Shown here piece after piece: positions 9,345 through 19,205 of a stretch of 64,000 nucleotides of DNA (its first letter is position 1; every line of letters starts with the position of its first letter). The notes beneath the pieces were generated by a model. That model had not been told where the DNA came from. It ran no database searches and was given only the letters and a program-made list of their open reading frames with translations. A program made the translations under genes and the position numbers. The stretch is taken from positions 719,462-783,461 of the forward strand of contig BOKM01000001.1 in the NCBI GenBank assembly GCA_016860985.1, in the 5' to 3' direction. Source of the stretch: Patescibacteria group bacterium (GTDB taxonomy: Bacteria; Patescibacteriota; Dojkabacteria; GCA-002793355).

Positions 9345-10616
9345 ATGGAATCTACTGCCCAGTCCAGTCGTAAAACAACGTTGTATCTTTCTGAATTGGC
9401 TAACGGATTGGTTTTTACGTTGGCTATAAAAGATACGAAAACTGGGGAGCATGAAAAGCATGTTTGGAAAACCTCATATCCTCTGCTCGATTTGCTCTAT
9501 CCACATTGGGTGCCGAAGCGATCAGTAAATACACCAATCAATTTTCTTTCTCAGGCAATTACTCAAGCTGGTGCTGCCTTTGGCTGGAAGTTAGTTACAG
9601 AAAGTGGTCGCTTTATAGTTCCTGAAAAGTCGTTTGGAGAAGGCTTAGACCGTGTTAGCATGCTACAGGAAAGTTCCACAAACGGGCTTGTTTCTGGAAT
9701 TGTGTCAGACAAGTTTGTCAGTACGGTAAAGCGAAAAGATCTTTCAATTGGAAAACTCCTTTTGCAGGATATCGAAGGGACCACTGAACCCGTGGTGGTC
9801 GTTGTTGCAAACTTTTATTCGATTGAAGTAATCGAATGTATTCCTAGAATAGTTGGGAAGATGCGGAAATGGGAATACAAATCGTCAAAAATTCAGTATG
9901 CAAACGAACAAGAATTTGTCGATATGCTTGCCACCAAAAAGTTTCTGCCTTTTGTTGGCGAACACATGCCAGAAGGGCAGATATTTAACACTTTGCTTAA
10001 CTATATCTACTGGAGACCTCTCACGACCTCATCTCAAATGGTTCGAGATATTTGGCGGGCATTATTAACGTCTCAACTCATCGAATTAGGCAAGTATTTA
10101 TCTGTACAGCAGTTTGATAAAGGGCATGTGTATGTCACGGGTGAGGTTCCGTTGTTTGTGCATGACAATCCTCGTTTGCAACTTGCCGTGGTTGATGGAC
10201 TTGGTTTATCGGGTGCGTGGACTGTTTTAGTAGACGAGCATTATCAGATGTTACCGTTTCTTGCCGAAGGAGAAGAGAATAACGTTTTCAATGAACTATC
10301 GGCTGAAAAATGTAGTTTGTGGATAATTCCTCAAATCAAAAAGCAAAAAAGTATCGTAAAAGTTAAGTCCGGAGATTCGGAATACCAAGGAGTTTACGGA
10401 AATTTGTATACATATAGTATCCGGAGTAAGTCCCACGCCTTTGAGTATGATATAGATGGCCAAAAATCGACATTCGAGCTCCCTAAATATTGTAACGTGG
10501 CATCTGTAACTATAGATACGCGAGAGTGGCCGGTGGTTTATGGCCCAAATACAGTTGCAAACAGTGTAAAAATTCCGCAATGGATTGATAGAATAAGAAA
10601 ACAGATAAAAACATAG
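9345..10616 (+). CDS. hypothetical protein (423 aa, soluble, no recognisable motifs)
   Basis: Long open frame with no TM segments; inserted between rpsR and rplI. Confidence 0.5.
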   Translation: MESTAQSSRKTTLYLSELANGLVFTLAIKDTKTGEHEKHVWKTSYPLLDLLYPHWVPKRSVNTPINFLSQAITQAGAAFGWKLVTESGRFIVPEKSFGEGLDRVSMLQESSTNGLVSGIVSDKFVSTVKRKDLSIGKLLLQDIEGTTEPVVVVVANFYSIEVIECIPRIVGKMRKWEYKSSKIQYANEQEFVDMLATKKFLPFVGEHMPEGQIFNTLLNYIYWRPLTTSSQMVRDIWRALLTSQLIELGKYLSVQQFDKGHVYVTGEVPLFVHDNPRLQLAVVDGLGLSGAWTVLVDEHYQMLPFLAEGEENNVFNELSAEKCSLWIIPQIKKQKSIVKVKSGDSEYQGVYGNLYTYSIRSKSHAFEYDIDGQKSTFELPKYCNVASVTIDTREWPVVYGPNTVANSVKIPQWIDRIRKQIKT

Positions 10617-10620
10617 GACT

Positions 10621-11535
10621 ATGGAAAGAGTAGTAACACGAAAAACAATACAAGTGGTCGGTGCTTTTACCTCTGCACAAAAAATTGGAAGTGTTATTAG
10701 ACCAAATGACACTCTAGGTCACACACGTGTGCCGGTCGTACTCGAGGTTCACTCTTTAGAGAATGGAAGGGTACTGGTAGACGACGGAGTCTTTGTAACA
10801 GCACAAACGCCTTTAGTTGAATACAAGAGAGGTTTTCGCCGTGAAATTGTTGGCTCAATGCATGAGGGTATCGTAAGGATTAGTAAAAATGCGGTCTCGC
10901 TTGTTGCAGAAGATACAGAAGAGCCAGTTGTAAGCACTTTGTGGGGGCGAGTGATGTCGGTCGCTGAAAACTCTTATACGGTCGAAGTTAAGTACTTAAA
11001 AATGCCGATTTTTGTCTCTCGAGGATTTAAAGTAGAGGCACCATTACACGGGTTATTGCAGAAGGGGGCAATAACTGCACCACATCATATAAATGATGAA
11101 GTTCGCGAAAAAATCGTATTACTGCCTGGAGCAGTAACCAAAGAAACATATCACGAGATTATGAATAGAGGAGCGATGGGTGTACTTGCTCCTTCGGTTG
11201 ATTGGAATGATTATCTTGATATCTTTTCCAATCCAAATGGGAACATCGGTATTTTACACGGCTTTGGGATGTTCCCCTTGTGGCGGTGGTACTATCACTT
11301 ACTCTCAAAGATGCACAACGTACTTGTTGAGGTAGATTATGCTAATTCGTATTTGTACATTCCTATCAGTGATATACTTATGGGAAGCTTAGAGCAGGAT
11401 TTACTCCTTTTCAAAGAGTATTGGTGGGGCAAACAGGTAAAATCGTTGCAACACGAATCGGGTGATTTAATTGCGACCTTAGAAACAGGCGAGCAAACTC
11501 CCGTTATGGCAGAAGAGCTTTTTAATATTAGGTAA
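10621..11535 (+). CDS. hypothetical protein (304 aa)
   Basis: Begins 4 nt after the previous gene. Beta-rich N-terminal half; no recognisable motifs. Confidence 0.5.
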   Translation: MERVVTRKTIQVVGAFTSAQKIGSVIRPNDTLGHTRVPVVLEVHSLENGRVLVDDGVFVTAQTPLVEYKRGFRREIVGSMHEGIVRISKNAVSLVAEDTEEPVVSTLWGRVMSVAENSYTVEVKYLKMPIFVSRGFKVEAPLHGLLQKGAITAPHHINDEVREKIVLLPGAVTKETYHEIMNRGAMGVLAPSVDWNDYLDIFSNPNGNIGILHGFGMFPLWRWYYHLLSKMHNVLVEVDYANSYLYIPISDILMGSLEQDLLLFKEYWWGKQVKSLQHESGDLIATLETGEQTPVMAEELFNIR

Positions 11536-11544
11536 CAATTCAAT

Positions 11545-12807
11545 ATGGAACAGAAAACAACCACGAAAACATCGTTTTTTGATAAAAAAGTTTCAGTATC
11601 CAACATTATTGTACTTACGGGAATCTCCCTTTTGTTTGGCGTTGGTATTGGAGCCTCGAGTACACCACTAAAAAACTATGTAAACGATAAGATGGTAACA
11701 GTCGTTCCATCCGGTGATCTCAGCAAAAAGAGTTTTAGCCTGTACTGGGAAGTGTATAACAAGCTTCGTGATTATTACGTTGACCCTGCAAAACTAGAAA
11801 CGAATGAACTCTTTTATGGCAGCATTAAAGGTATGGTTGAATCTCTTAGCGATGCCCCAACAGCTTTTTACACCCCAGAAGAAACAGCTGAATATAAAAA
11901 GGCACAAAGCGGTTCCTATTCTGGAATCGGTGCAGAGCTCGACTTTGTGAATAATAGCGTAGTAGTGGTTGCGCCCTTTGATGGTTCTCCAGCCCAGAAA
12001 GCGGGTATCGAGGCGCAAGATGTGATTTCAAAAGTTGATGATAAGTCAACTGCAAACAAAACAATAACTCAGGTTGTCTCTGAAATTAGAGGTCAAGCAG
12101 GTACAAAGGTTGCTCTGACTATTCTTCGGCCTCGTGAAAATTTCAAGGAACACGTAATTGAAATTATACGAGGGAATGTATCAGCACCAAGTATTGAAAT
12201 TAAAGAGGTAAAAGATAAGATTGCTGTTGTCAAAATAAGTCGATTTACCGAGAGCACAATGTCTGAGTGGGTAAGCAAATGGAATGTTGTATCAGACAAT
12301 ATTGCAACACAATACAAGAATGGAAGCGTGACGCATTTAGTGCTCGATCTTAGAAATAATCCCGGAGGCTTCTTTGATGCTGCCGTCGTGCTAGCTGGAG
12401 ATTTTCTTCCAAAAGGCTCAATCGTTGCCTACCAACGAGAAAGAGCAGGGGCAGATAAAGTATTCCCAACCGCCACCGAGCCACGCCTCGCAGACATCCC
12501 TGTCACAATTCTTGTAAATGGAAGCAGTGCATCTGCTTCAGAGATTTTTACTGGTGCTATGCAATACTATAAACGAGCCAAAGTGATTGGCGAACAAACG
12601 TATGGTAAGGGAACAGCTCAAGTAGTTCTGCCTGTTAGTGACGGTGCTTCGCTCCATGTCACAATAAGCAAGTGGTTGCTACCAGATAAAGAATGGTTAA
12701 ACCCAGAAAACACTATTGAACCAGACACAATCGTGAAGCTCGACTACGATCTACGCGCAAAAGGTATAGATAACCAGATGGAAGAAGCTCTTAAGCTCGC
12801 AAAATAG
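11545..12807 (+). CDS. S41 family C-terminal processing (tail-specific) peptidase with PDZ domain
   Basis: N-terminal TM helix, a PDZ-like segment, and the catalytic Ser/Lys region ...NGSSASASEIFTGAMQ...IGEQTYGKGTAQ. Confidence 0.8.
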   Translation: MEQKTTTKTSFFDKKVSVSNIIVLTGISLLFGVGIGASSTPLKNYVNDKMVTVVPSGDLSKKSFSLYWEVYNKLRDYYVDPAKLETNELFYGSIKGMVESLSDAPTAFYTPEETAEYKKAQSGSYSGIGAELDFVNNSVVVVAPFDGSPAQKAGIEAQDVISKVDDKSTANKTITQVVSEIRGQAGTKVALTILRPRENFKEHVIEIIRGNVSAPSIEIKEVKDKIAVVKISRFTESTMSEWVSKWNVVSDNIATQYKNGSVTHLVLDLRNNPGGFFDAAVVLAGDFLPKGSIVAYQRERAGADKVFPTATEPRLADIPVTILVNGSSASASEIFTGAMQYYKRAKVIGEQTYGKGTAQVVLPVSDGASLHVTISKWLLPDKEWLNPENTIEPDTIVKLDYDLRAKGIDNQMEEALKLAK

Positions 12808-12901
12808 CATTCAATCTTCTGTTAAAAAACGAGGGTTCCTTGCAATGGTATAATGTGTGCAATTACTATTTCTGTAATGAGATAATTTTGAAGGAACGCA
12901 T

Positions 12902-13432
12902 ATGGCAAAGGTTGTATTACTCGCGGATGTTCCGCAAATTGGCAAAAAAGGTATGATTGTAGATGTAAAAGAGGGCTATGCCTCAAACTTTCTATTTCCG
13001 AAAAAACTTGCTCGATTATCAGTAGCTGCAGACGAAAAGAAAATGTTGCAAATACAAGAGAACGCCCAATCAGCAGCAAAAAATAAGCAACGAATGATTA
13101 CAAAACTTATTTCCTACGCTTCGTCACAACTAATTAAGAAACCCATTAAAGTTTCTGTTAAAACGGCAGTTGGTGGAAGAGTATTCGGAAGCATTGACCC
13201 ACAGCAAGTGCTCGATGGATTATTTGAAGAAATGCCACAGTTAAAGGCACTAGATAGAAGCGAATTTCAGATTAAGATTCCACAACGCGTAGAATATGCC
13301 GGAAAATATGTATTCGAAATGCTTGTAAACGTTGATGGAGCTGAGCATAAAGATATGACAGTGGTTCCTTTGTATGTAGATATCGTTCCTCTAACCGAGG
13401 CACGCCAACATCACGGAGCAGGGAGGAAATAG
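12902..13432 (+). CDS. rplI: 50S ribosomal protein L9
   Basis: MAKVVLLADVPQIGKKGMIVDVKEGYASNFLFPKKLA is the canonical L9 N-domain. Confidence 0.85.
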   Translation: MAKVVLLADVPQIGKKGMIVDVKEGYASNFLFPKKLARLSVAADEKKMLQIQENAQSAAKNKQRMITKLISYASSQLIKKPIKVSVKTAVGGRVFGSIDPQQVLDGLFEEMPQLKALDRSEFQIKIPQRVEYAGKYVFEMLVNVDGAEHKDMTVVPLYVDIVPLTEARQHHGAGRK

Positions 13433-13568
13433 GTTCTTCTTTTTACGCAAACGTCAGTGTTCAAACGCTACACTTGGATAGAACTTCTTGAAAATTTCAC
13501 AATGGTCATGTTACCATGTGTGCACATGTACTTAGAAACCGCAGCTAGATAAGTTTACATACGTACAA

Positions 13569-14840
13569 ATGGAGTCAAAAGAAAAGCAACCAGTTGCGCC
13601 GACCACGGCGCAAAAAGAAACAGTAACCCCTAAAGTTGAAACCCCAGTAGCAGCGAAACCAGTTAAGAAAAAACGCCGAGGTGGCGCCATTTTGTTTGTA
13701 CTTTTTCTAATCTGTGGCTTTGGTACTTTATTCACGATTTTTGGTGTTTATGTCGCACGCTCTGTTGTTCCTGAAATTCAAAATTGGTTAGTGAGCCATA
13801 ACTTTGTGGCTACACCTAATACGAATAATGGCCAAGACAAATCTCCATTTGTTCCTCAGAATAATGATTCAATTGGAAAAACTGGTGATGCCCTTACAAT
13901 CCCGCAGGTAGTAAAGAAAGCTTCACCTAGTGTCGTGAGTATCGCAATTGCAGGTGAGCAAAATCCCGTTCCTGGAACAGAAGGGGAGTTCGACAAAATT
14001 GGTACCGGCTTTATCGTTGATGCAAAGGGAATTGTGGTAACAAATCAACATGTAGTTCGAGATTTAAAGGCAGAATATCAAGTAATTACACAAGATAATA
14101 AATCGTATAAGGCAAAAACAATCGTACGCGACGAAGTCAACGATATTGCAATTATTGTGGTAGATGCAAACGACCTTCCTGCTTTGCCAATTGGTAACTC
14201 CGCTTCAATTGAAGTAGGGGAGACCGTTATTGCCATAGGCACCCCACTTGGTGAGTATCCCGGAAGTGTAACCGTTGGCGTTATTAGTGGAGTAGGGCGA
14301 TCAGTCAGAACAGGGGACGGGTTTTGGGAAGCAGCGAAAGAGTACGAAAACGTATTACAGACAGACGCTGCAGTAAACCCAGGTAATTCTGGTGGTCCGT
14401 TATTGAACTTGTTTGGAGAAGTTGTTGGGGTAAACTTTGCGACCACAAGTGGCGCAGATAATATCTCATTTGCTTTACCGATTGATATCGTTGCACAACG
14501 AGTAAGTGAGTATAAACAATATGGAAAATTCAGAACACCGTACCTTGGAGTAAATTACCGAATGGTATTGGCACAAGAGGCAGAGTTCTACAATGTCGAG
14601 CCTGGTGCTTTGGTCAGAACTGTTGCAAAAGACTCCCCAGCAGAGAAAGCTGGCTTACGGGTTGGAGATATTATCACCAAAATAAACGGTAAAATGGTGA
14701 CAACAAGTCTTGCAGCAACACTCTCAAGAAATAATGTTGGCGACGAGATTAGTATTACGATAGTAAGAACGAGCATAACTGGTAACTCTGAAACCGTCAC
14801 GCTTAAGGCAACACTTTCAGAAAGACCAGCGTCAGAGTAG
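13569..14840 (+). CDS. HtrA/DegP-family serine protease with PDZ domain, membrane anchored
   Basis: N-terminal TM helix; trypsin-fold motifs TNQHVV (His), DIAII (Asp) and GNSGGPLLN (Ser); C-terminal PDZ. Confidence 0.85.
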   Translation: MESKEKQPVAPTTAQKETVTPKVETPVAAKPVKKKRRGGAILFVLFLICGFGTLFTIFGVYVARSVVPEIQNWLVSHNFVATPNTNNGQDKSPFVPQNNDSIGKTGDALTIPQVVKKASPSVVSIAIAGEQNPVPGTEGEFDKIGTGFIVDAKGIVVTNQHVVRDLKAEYQVITQDNKSYKAKTIVRDEVNDIAIIVVDANDLPALPIGNSASIEVGETVIAIGTPLGEYPGSVTVGVISGVGRSVRTGDGFWEAAKEYENVLQTDAAVNPGNSGGPLLNLFGEVVGVNFATTSGADNISFALPIDIVAQRVSEYKQYGKFRTPYLGVNYRMVLAQEAEFYNVEPGALVRTVAKDSPAEKAGLRVGDIITKINGKMVTTSLAATLSRNNVGDEISITIVRTSITGNSETVTLKATLSERPASE

Positions 14841-15641
14841 GTCGCTGATGCAATTCTGATCCTTATATTCTGTGCAAAAACGCTGAATCATTTTGCCTTC
14901 TGTATCGTTATACTCTAAGAAAAAACTGACACTCTTTTGGTTGCTCACCAAAGTATCAAGGTAGTGCAGCAAATTCTTAAGTAACAACGGTTGAACAAGT
15001 AATGCATGCTCGGGCTCATAATCTTTCACTGATGAAGGTAGAACGTCAAAGTGCTTCTGTTGAATATATGGAGGATTTGCGAGAACGACAATATGTGACG
15101 AGCTTGGAACTATAGGGATACTGCCATTTTTGGGAAAATCACTGCATTTTAAAAATTGGATTCTCTCTTTGACTCCGTAGAATACGGCATTCTCTTCCGC
15201 AGTTGCTACTGCTGTTTCCGAATCATCGATTGCAATTATTGGCGTGACATATAGTGTCGTTTCGAGTGCCATGGTAATTGCAATTGCTCCCGAACCCGTA
15301 CCGATGTCGATAACGGTAACATCTCCCTTGTTTGGGATTTCATCGAAGTGTAGGAGCGCTTGTTCAATCATTTTTTCTGTATCGAACCTGGGTATCAATA
15401 CATTTCGGTTAACATTAAAGTATCGTCCAAAAAACATCGCTTTCCCAACGATATATTCAATTGGCGTTTGCTGCGAAATAAGAAACAATAGGTATTGAAG
15501 TTTGCTTGATTGATTTGCGCTGAGTGGTTCGGTAGAGTAATCGAGGGCAAGGTGAGATATAAGTTCCTGTAGGTAACTTTGCGGATAATCGGCACTCTTT
15601 AGTGCAGCTGAGAGTACCCCAATAGCTTGGTTATTCGTCAT
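14832..15641 (-). CDS. prmC: release factor glutamine N5-methyltransferase PrmC/HemK
   Basis: SAM-binding IDIGTGSGAIAI and the NPPY motif (VLANPPYI). Start MTNNQ at 15641 overlaps the prfA end by 11 nt; the listed ORF extends to 15707. Confidence 0.8.
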   Translation of the reverse strand: MTNNQAIGVLSAALKSADYPQSYLQELISHLALDYSTEPLSANQSSKLQYLLFLISQQTPIEYIVGKAMFFGRYFNVNRNVLIPRFDTEKMIEQALLHFDEIPNKGDVTVIDIGTGSGAIAITMALETTLYVTPIIAIDDSETAVATAEENAVFYGVKERIQFLKCSDFPKNGSIPIVPSSSHIVVLANPPYIQQKHFDVLPSSVKDYEPEHALLVQPLLLKNLLHYLDTLVSNQKSVSFFLEYNDTEGKMIQRFCTEYKDQNCISDLL

Positions 15642-16734
15642 CGTCGCCACCTTCCTGAATGCCTTTTTCTGCAATAAGGTTTCGCACATCGGAGAGCACA
15701 GCTTCAATCTTTCCGTTCATTACTTCGTTGATGTTAAACCAAGATTTTTTTACACGATGGTCGGTTACTCTGCTTTGAGGAAAATTGTATGTTCGAATCT
15801 TTTCTGAGCGATCACCTGTTCCAATTTGTCCTCGGCGAAGGTCACCCATCTCTTTTGTTTGTGCTTCAAGTTGCGCTTGGTAGAGTTTTGACTTCAAAAT
15901 TCGCATTGCTGCGTCTTTGTTTTTAAGTTGTGAACGTTCGGTTTGCGAAGAAACGATAATCCCACTTGGAACATGTCGTAAACGAACTGCAGAAGAAACT
16001 TTATTGACGTTCTGCCCACCTGGTCCACTTGAACGGAATGCCTCCATTTCCACATCTCTTGGATCAAGCTTTACATCTACATCTTCAACTTCTGGAAGAA
16101 TTGCAACACTGATGGTTGAAGTATGAATTCTGCCTGAGCTTTCTGTTGCGGGAACTCGTTGTACTCGATGCACACCGCTCTCGTATTGCAGCCAGAAATA
16201 AGCATCATCACCTTCAATATATGCGTCTGCGTGGCGAAAACCACCTTGTTCGGATACTTCGCTGTCGGTTAATTCAACTTTCCACCCTCGTTCAACTCCA
16301 AATTGTTGGTACATTCGAAACACCTCTTGAGCAAAGAGTGCAGCTTCTTCACCGCCTGCTCCCGCGCGAATTTCCATGACTACGTTTTGGAATTTTGAGG
16401 TTTCGCTCATGTGAGAATCGTAGAGCTTTTGAATTTCAGGGTTTCTTTGCGCTACTTCTTGCTGAGCTAATTCAATGAGTAATGGATCAGTTGATGCTCC
16501 AGAGAGTATTTTTGTCGCGTCAAGATAAGCACTAACCGATGCGCCAAGAGATAGTAACCCTTCTTCTTGTTGAGAAATTTTACTCAATCTCTTGTGTCCC
16601 TGAATATAATCATCAGAAGAGAAGTCAGTAATGGATTCAAGCTTTTCAGTTAAATCCAATCGTTCTTGCTTGAGCTTTTTTGTTTTCTCATTAATCTGTG
16701 GTTCAAGGGCAACAATATCAGACTGCGTTAGCAT
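15631..16734 (-). CDS. prfA: peptide chain release factor 1
   Basis: GGQ motif (SGPGGQNVNK) and the RF1-type PAT tripeptide (VQRVPATESSGR). Confidence 0.9.
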   Translation of the reverse strand: MLTQSDIVALEPQINEKTKKLKQERLDLTEKLESITDFSSDDYIQGHKRLSKISQQEEGLLSLGASVSAYLDATKILSGASTDPLLIELAQQEVAQRNPEIQKLYDSHMSETSKFQNVVMEIRAGAGGEEAALFAQEVFRMYQQFGVERGWKVELTDSEVSEQGGFRHADAYIEGDDAYFWLQYESGVHRVQRVPATESSGRIHTSTISVAILPEVEDVDVKLDPRDVEMEAFRSSGPGGQNVNKVSSAVRLRHVPSGIIVSSQTERSQLKNKDAAMRILKSKLYQAQLEAQTKEMGDLRRGQIGTGDRSEKIRTYNFPQSRVTDHRVKKSWFNINEVMNGKIEAVLSDVRNLIAEKGIQEGGDDDE

Positions 16735-16755
16735 AGATGAACGACTGGAAATTAA

Positions 16756-16986
16756 TTATTTCTTTCCTGCTTTCATTGCCTCTGCTTTCTTTTGTCGTTC
16801 CATGAACTTTGATACTCGGTTGGCTGTGTCGATAATTGACTGTGCGCCGGTATAAGCTGGGTGACAATGTGAGCAAAGTGCCACGCTGAATCCTTTTGGT
16901 GCTGTTGTTCCGACAATAAAGTCTGTCCCGCAGTTTGAGCAGGTAAGTGTCATGACTTGGTACTGTGGATGCGTGTTCTGTTTCAT
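16756..16986 (-). CDS. rpmE: 50S ribosomal protein L31
   Basis: MKQNTHPQY...CSNCG...CSHCHPAYTG is the L31 zinc-ribbon signature. Confidence 0.85.
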   Translation of the reverse strand: MKQNTHPQYQVMTLTCSNCGTDFIVGTTAPKGFSVALCSHCHPAYTGAQSIIDTANRVSKFMERQKKAEAMKAGKK

Positions 16987-17006
16987 AGGTGAATTATATC
17001 ATATTA

Positions 17007-19040
17007 TCAAGACTCAAGACCAAGTGCTTGCTTGGCAATTGCTGCAACTTCTTCTTGAGGGACGCCGTCACAATTTTTATCGACGGTTTGCATTCCAAGA
17101 GATCTGCATGCATCAATTAATCCATACTTCCAGTCAACGTACTGCCAGTATCGAGAAGGTCGCTGCCCTTGAAGGTAGTCAAATTTCACATGAACGCGTT
17201 CGTTTGTTTCTTGAAGATGTATTCGTACGAGTTCTTCTAACGCTGCAAGGCTCTCTGCTTTTCCGAAGGTTTCCTTGATTGCCTCAATCGCTGCTTGTGA
17301 TAGTAACCCGCCCTCGAACTGAAAGTAAGAAGTAATGAGCGATGGTGCATTGTTGAGAACGAGGCTTTCGTGAACATCTTTTTCTACAACTGGTAGTTGT
17401 TGTAAGGCGTTACGAATGAACTGCGCGATTTGGCGTACTGCAGCTGTGTGTTCAGTTGGAATCATTCCAAGAGTTTCATTGCCGGTTGCGAGTACGTCTT
17501 GAATAAAAGACTGAACCGCTTTGTCTGGTTGAAGCGAACTCGCTTCGACTATTGTGGTGAGTCGCTCTTTTGCAGCATCAGAGAGTTTTCCGGTTTCCGG
17601 ATTAATTTCTACAAGTGCCGCTAGGGTAGGTGCGTTAGAAAAATCAATGCCGACTAGTTCATCTGCGCGAATATCACCTTTTGTTTTAAAACTAAAGGCA
17701 GCACGACCTAAGGTTCGTACCGCTGCTGTCTGTTCAGAAATCATTTGATAGAACAATCCGCCGAGCTTTTCTTTGTCTAAGTATTGGAATAGGTATTCTG
17801 CCTGTTGTTTATTTCTTGGAGCGCCGTCAAGTACGATAGGTTCGTGAATCCTGCCTTGCTCGTCAAGTTTGCGTCTTGTTTCAAGCATGATATCGGCAAA
17901 CATAACCGTAAGCACTTTATTCGGAATCTGAACGCCACGGCTTCTTGGTCTGTCAAAGCCCCGCATATAGTGTTCGTACTGATCATACCAACTCATTTTC
18001 TCAATAAATTCTATTGGTGAGGGCTCTCGCTCTGTACTGTCGTTTTCTGGTTCCCCCCATCGCAATTCTTGCCCATCCATCATTTGTACTTTGATTCGTT
18101 TTCGGAGTACTTCGTCTAGGTCTGCAACCTCGTCGCGTGTTTTTGTGAATGTTTGGCCGTCTTTTTCTATGACGACTTTTTCAATTCCTCTGCCTGCGCC
18201 ACCTTCTGTACCTGATGCGGCGATTACAAGTTGTAAAATATCTCCTGTTGTTCCTTTTCCTGCTGCTGGTGGGCCAGAAATAACGGCAATATTTTTTTTA
18301 CGGGGAATGTATTCGCCGGATTCTGGGTTGTAGGCATAGTCAAGTGCAAAACTCATTTGTTTCAAGTGTTCTTGAAGTTTTGCTTCGTCGATAGAAGCAT
18401 CTAATTCTCGATAATATTGAAGTTGTAATTCGGTAGCAATATCTTCACACAGTTTATAAAGTGGCGTATTCTTTTTGATGTTTACAGGAGGATATTTATC
18501 TGTTGTTGCGGTATTGTCGAGTGCAAAACCTACTTCTCGCGCAATGTATTGAAGTGCAAGTACTCGTTCTTCCGGTACTTCAGTTGCCCTCCATATTGGT
18601 TTGATTATTTCTTCACCAAGCTGAATGTTGTTTACGTAATCCGTTACAGGAAGCCCAATCATGTCGGCTTCGCTAAGGTCAGGAATGGCAGAAACCATTT
18701 GTGCACGTTCTCGGACTGCTCGAAGTAGTGCAGCGTACGCGGTTGCTATAGAATCTGCGGTGAATCTTGATTCAGGCGTTTTTTCATCATTTGATAACCC
18801 ATTCGTTGTTTCCCATAATAACGTGAATTTTCGTGACCGTGATTCTTTTATTGAATAAAAGGGGAGTTTGCCACCAAATAGTGTTTCTTGTCGAGTTAAT
18901 GGATCCAAAACGATTCCAATCGCCTCTCTTGCCGTATATGGCGCTGGTTTGCTGTTAGCGTCAGAACTAAACGGCGAGTGTGTTACACCGTCGTAGACAT
19001 TTTCGCTGTGGGCAGTGGCTGTTTTCTTTGTACTTAACAT
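17007..19040 (-). CDS. large hypothetical protein with embedded adenylate-kinase-like (NMP kinase) P-loop domain
   Basis: 677 aa. The central segment NIAVISGPPAAGKGTTGDIL matches the ADK P-loop GPPGAGKGT, and IVLDGAPRNKQQAEYL about 150 aa later resembles the ADK LDGFPR motif. Long N- and C-terminal regions are unrecognised. First gene of the rpmE-prfA-prmC co-directional array. Confidence 0.45.
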   Translation of the reverse strand: MLSTKKTATAHSENVYDGVTHSPFSSDANSKPAPYTAREAIGIVLDPLTRQETLFGGKLPFYSIKESRSRKFTLLWETTNGLSNDEKTPESRFTADSIATAYAALLRAVRERAQMVSAIPDLSEADMIGLPVTDYVNNIQLGEEIIKPIWRATEVPEERVLALQYIAREVGFALDNTATTDKYPPVNIKKNTPLYKLCEDIATELQLQYYRELDASIDEAKLQEHLKQMSFALDYAYNPESGEYIPRKKNIAVISGPPAAGKGTTGDILQLVIAASGTEGGAGRGIEKVVIEKDGQTFTKTRDEVADLDEVLRKRIKVQMMDGQELRWGEPENDSTEREPSPIEFIEKMSWYDQYEHYMRGFDRPRSRGVQIPNKVLTVMFADIMLETRRKLDEQGRIHEPIVLDGAPRNKQQAEYLFQYLDKEKLGGLFYQMISEQTAAVRTLGRAAFSFKTKGDIRADELVGIDFSNAPTLAALVEINPETGKLSDAAKERLTTIVEASSLQPDKAVQSFIQDVLATGNETLGMIPTEHTAAVRQIAQFIRNALQQLPVVEKDVHESLVLNNAPSLITSYFQFEGGLLSQAAIEAIKETFGKAESLAALEELVRIHLQETNERVHVKFDYLQGQRPSRYWQYVDWKYGLIDACRSLGMQTVDKNCDGVPQEEVAAIAKQALGLES

Positions 19041-19170
19041 ACGCCACTTTGATTGAATTCAGTCGGTAATTATACCCGTATTACTATGATATTGCAACGC
19101 GTGAATTGTTATGTCTTGACGGTGCAAACCTGTACGCTGGGCCTGTTTTGTGGGGTTTTGAGGTTTAGTG

Positions 19171-19199
19171 TTGGCAATCACTGACAAATCAGATATACT
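19171..19199 (+). promoter_or_regulatory. sigma70-like promoter TTGGCA -17- TATACT, leaderless transcript for the TrmB-family gene
   Basis: -35 at 19171-19176 and -10 at 19194-19199, with the ATG at 19206 only 7 nt downstream. Confidence 0.45.
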
Positions 19200-19205
19200 G
19201 TTTTT

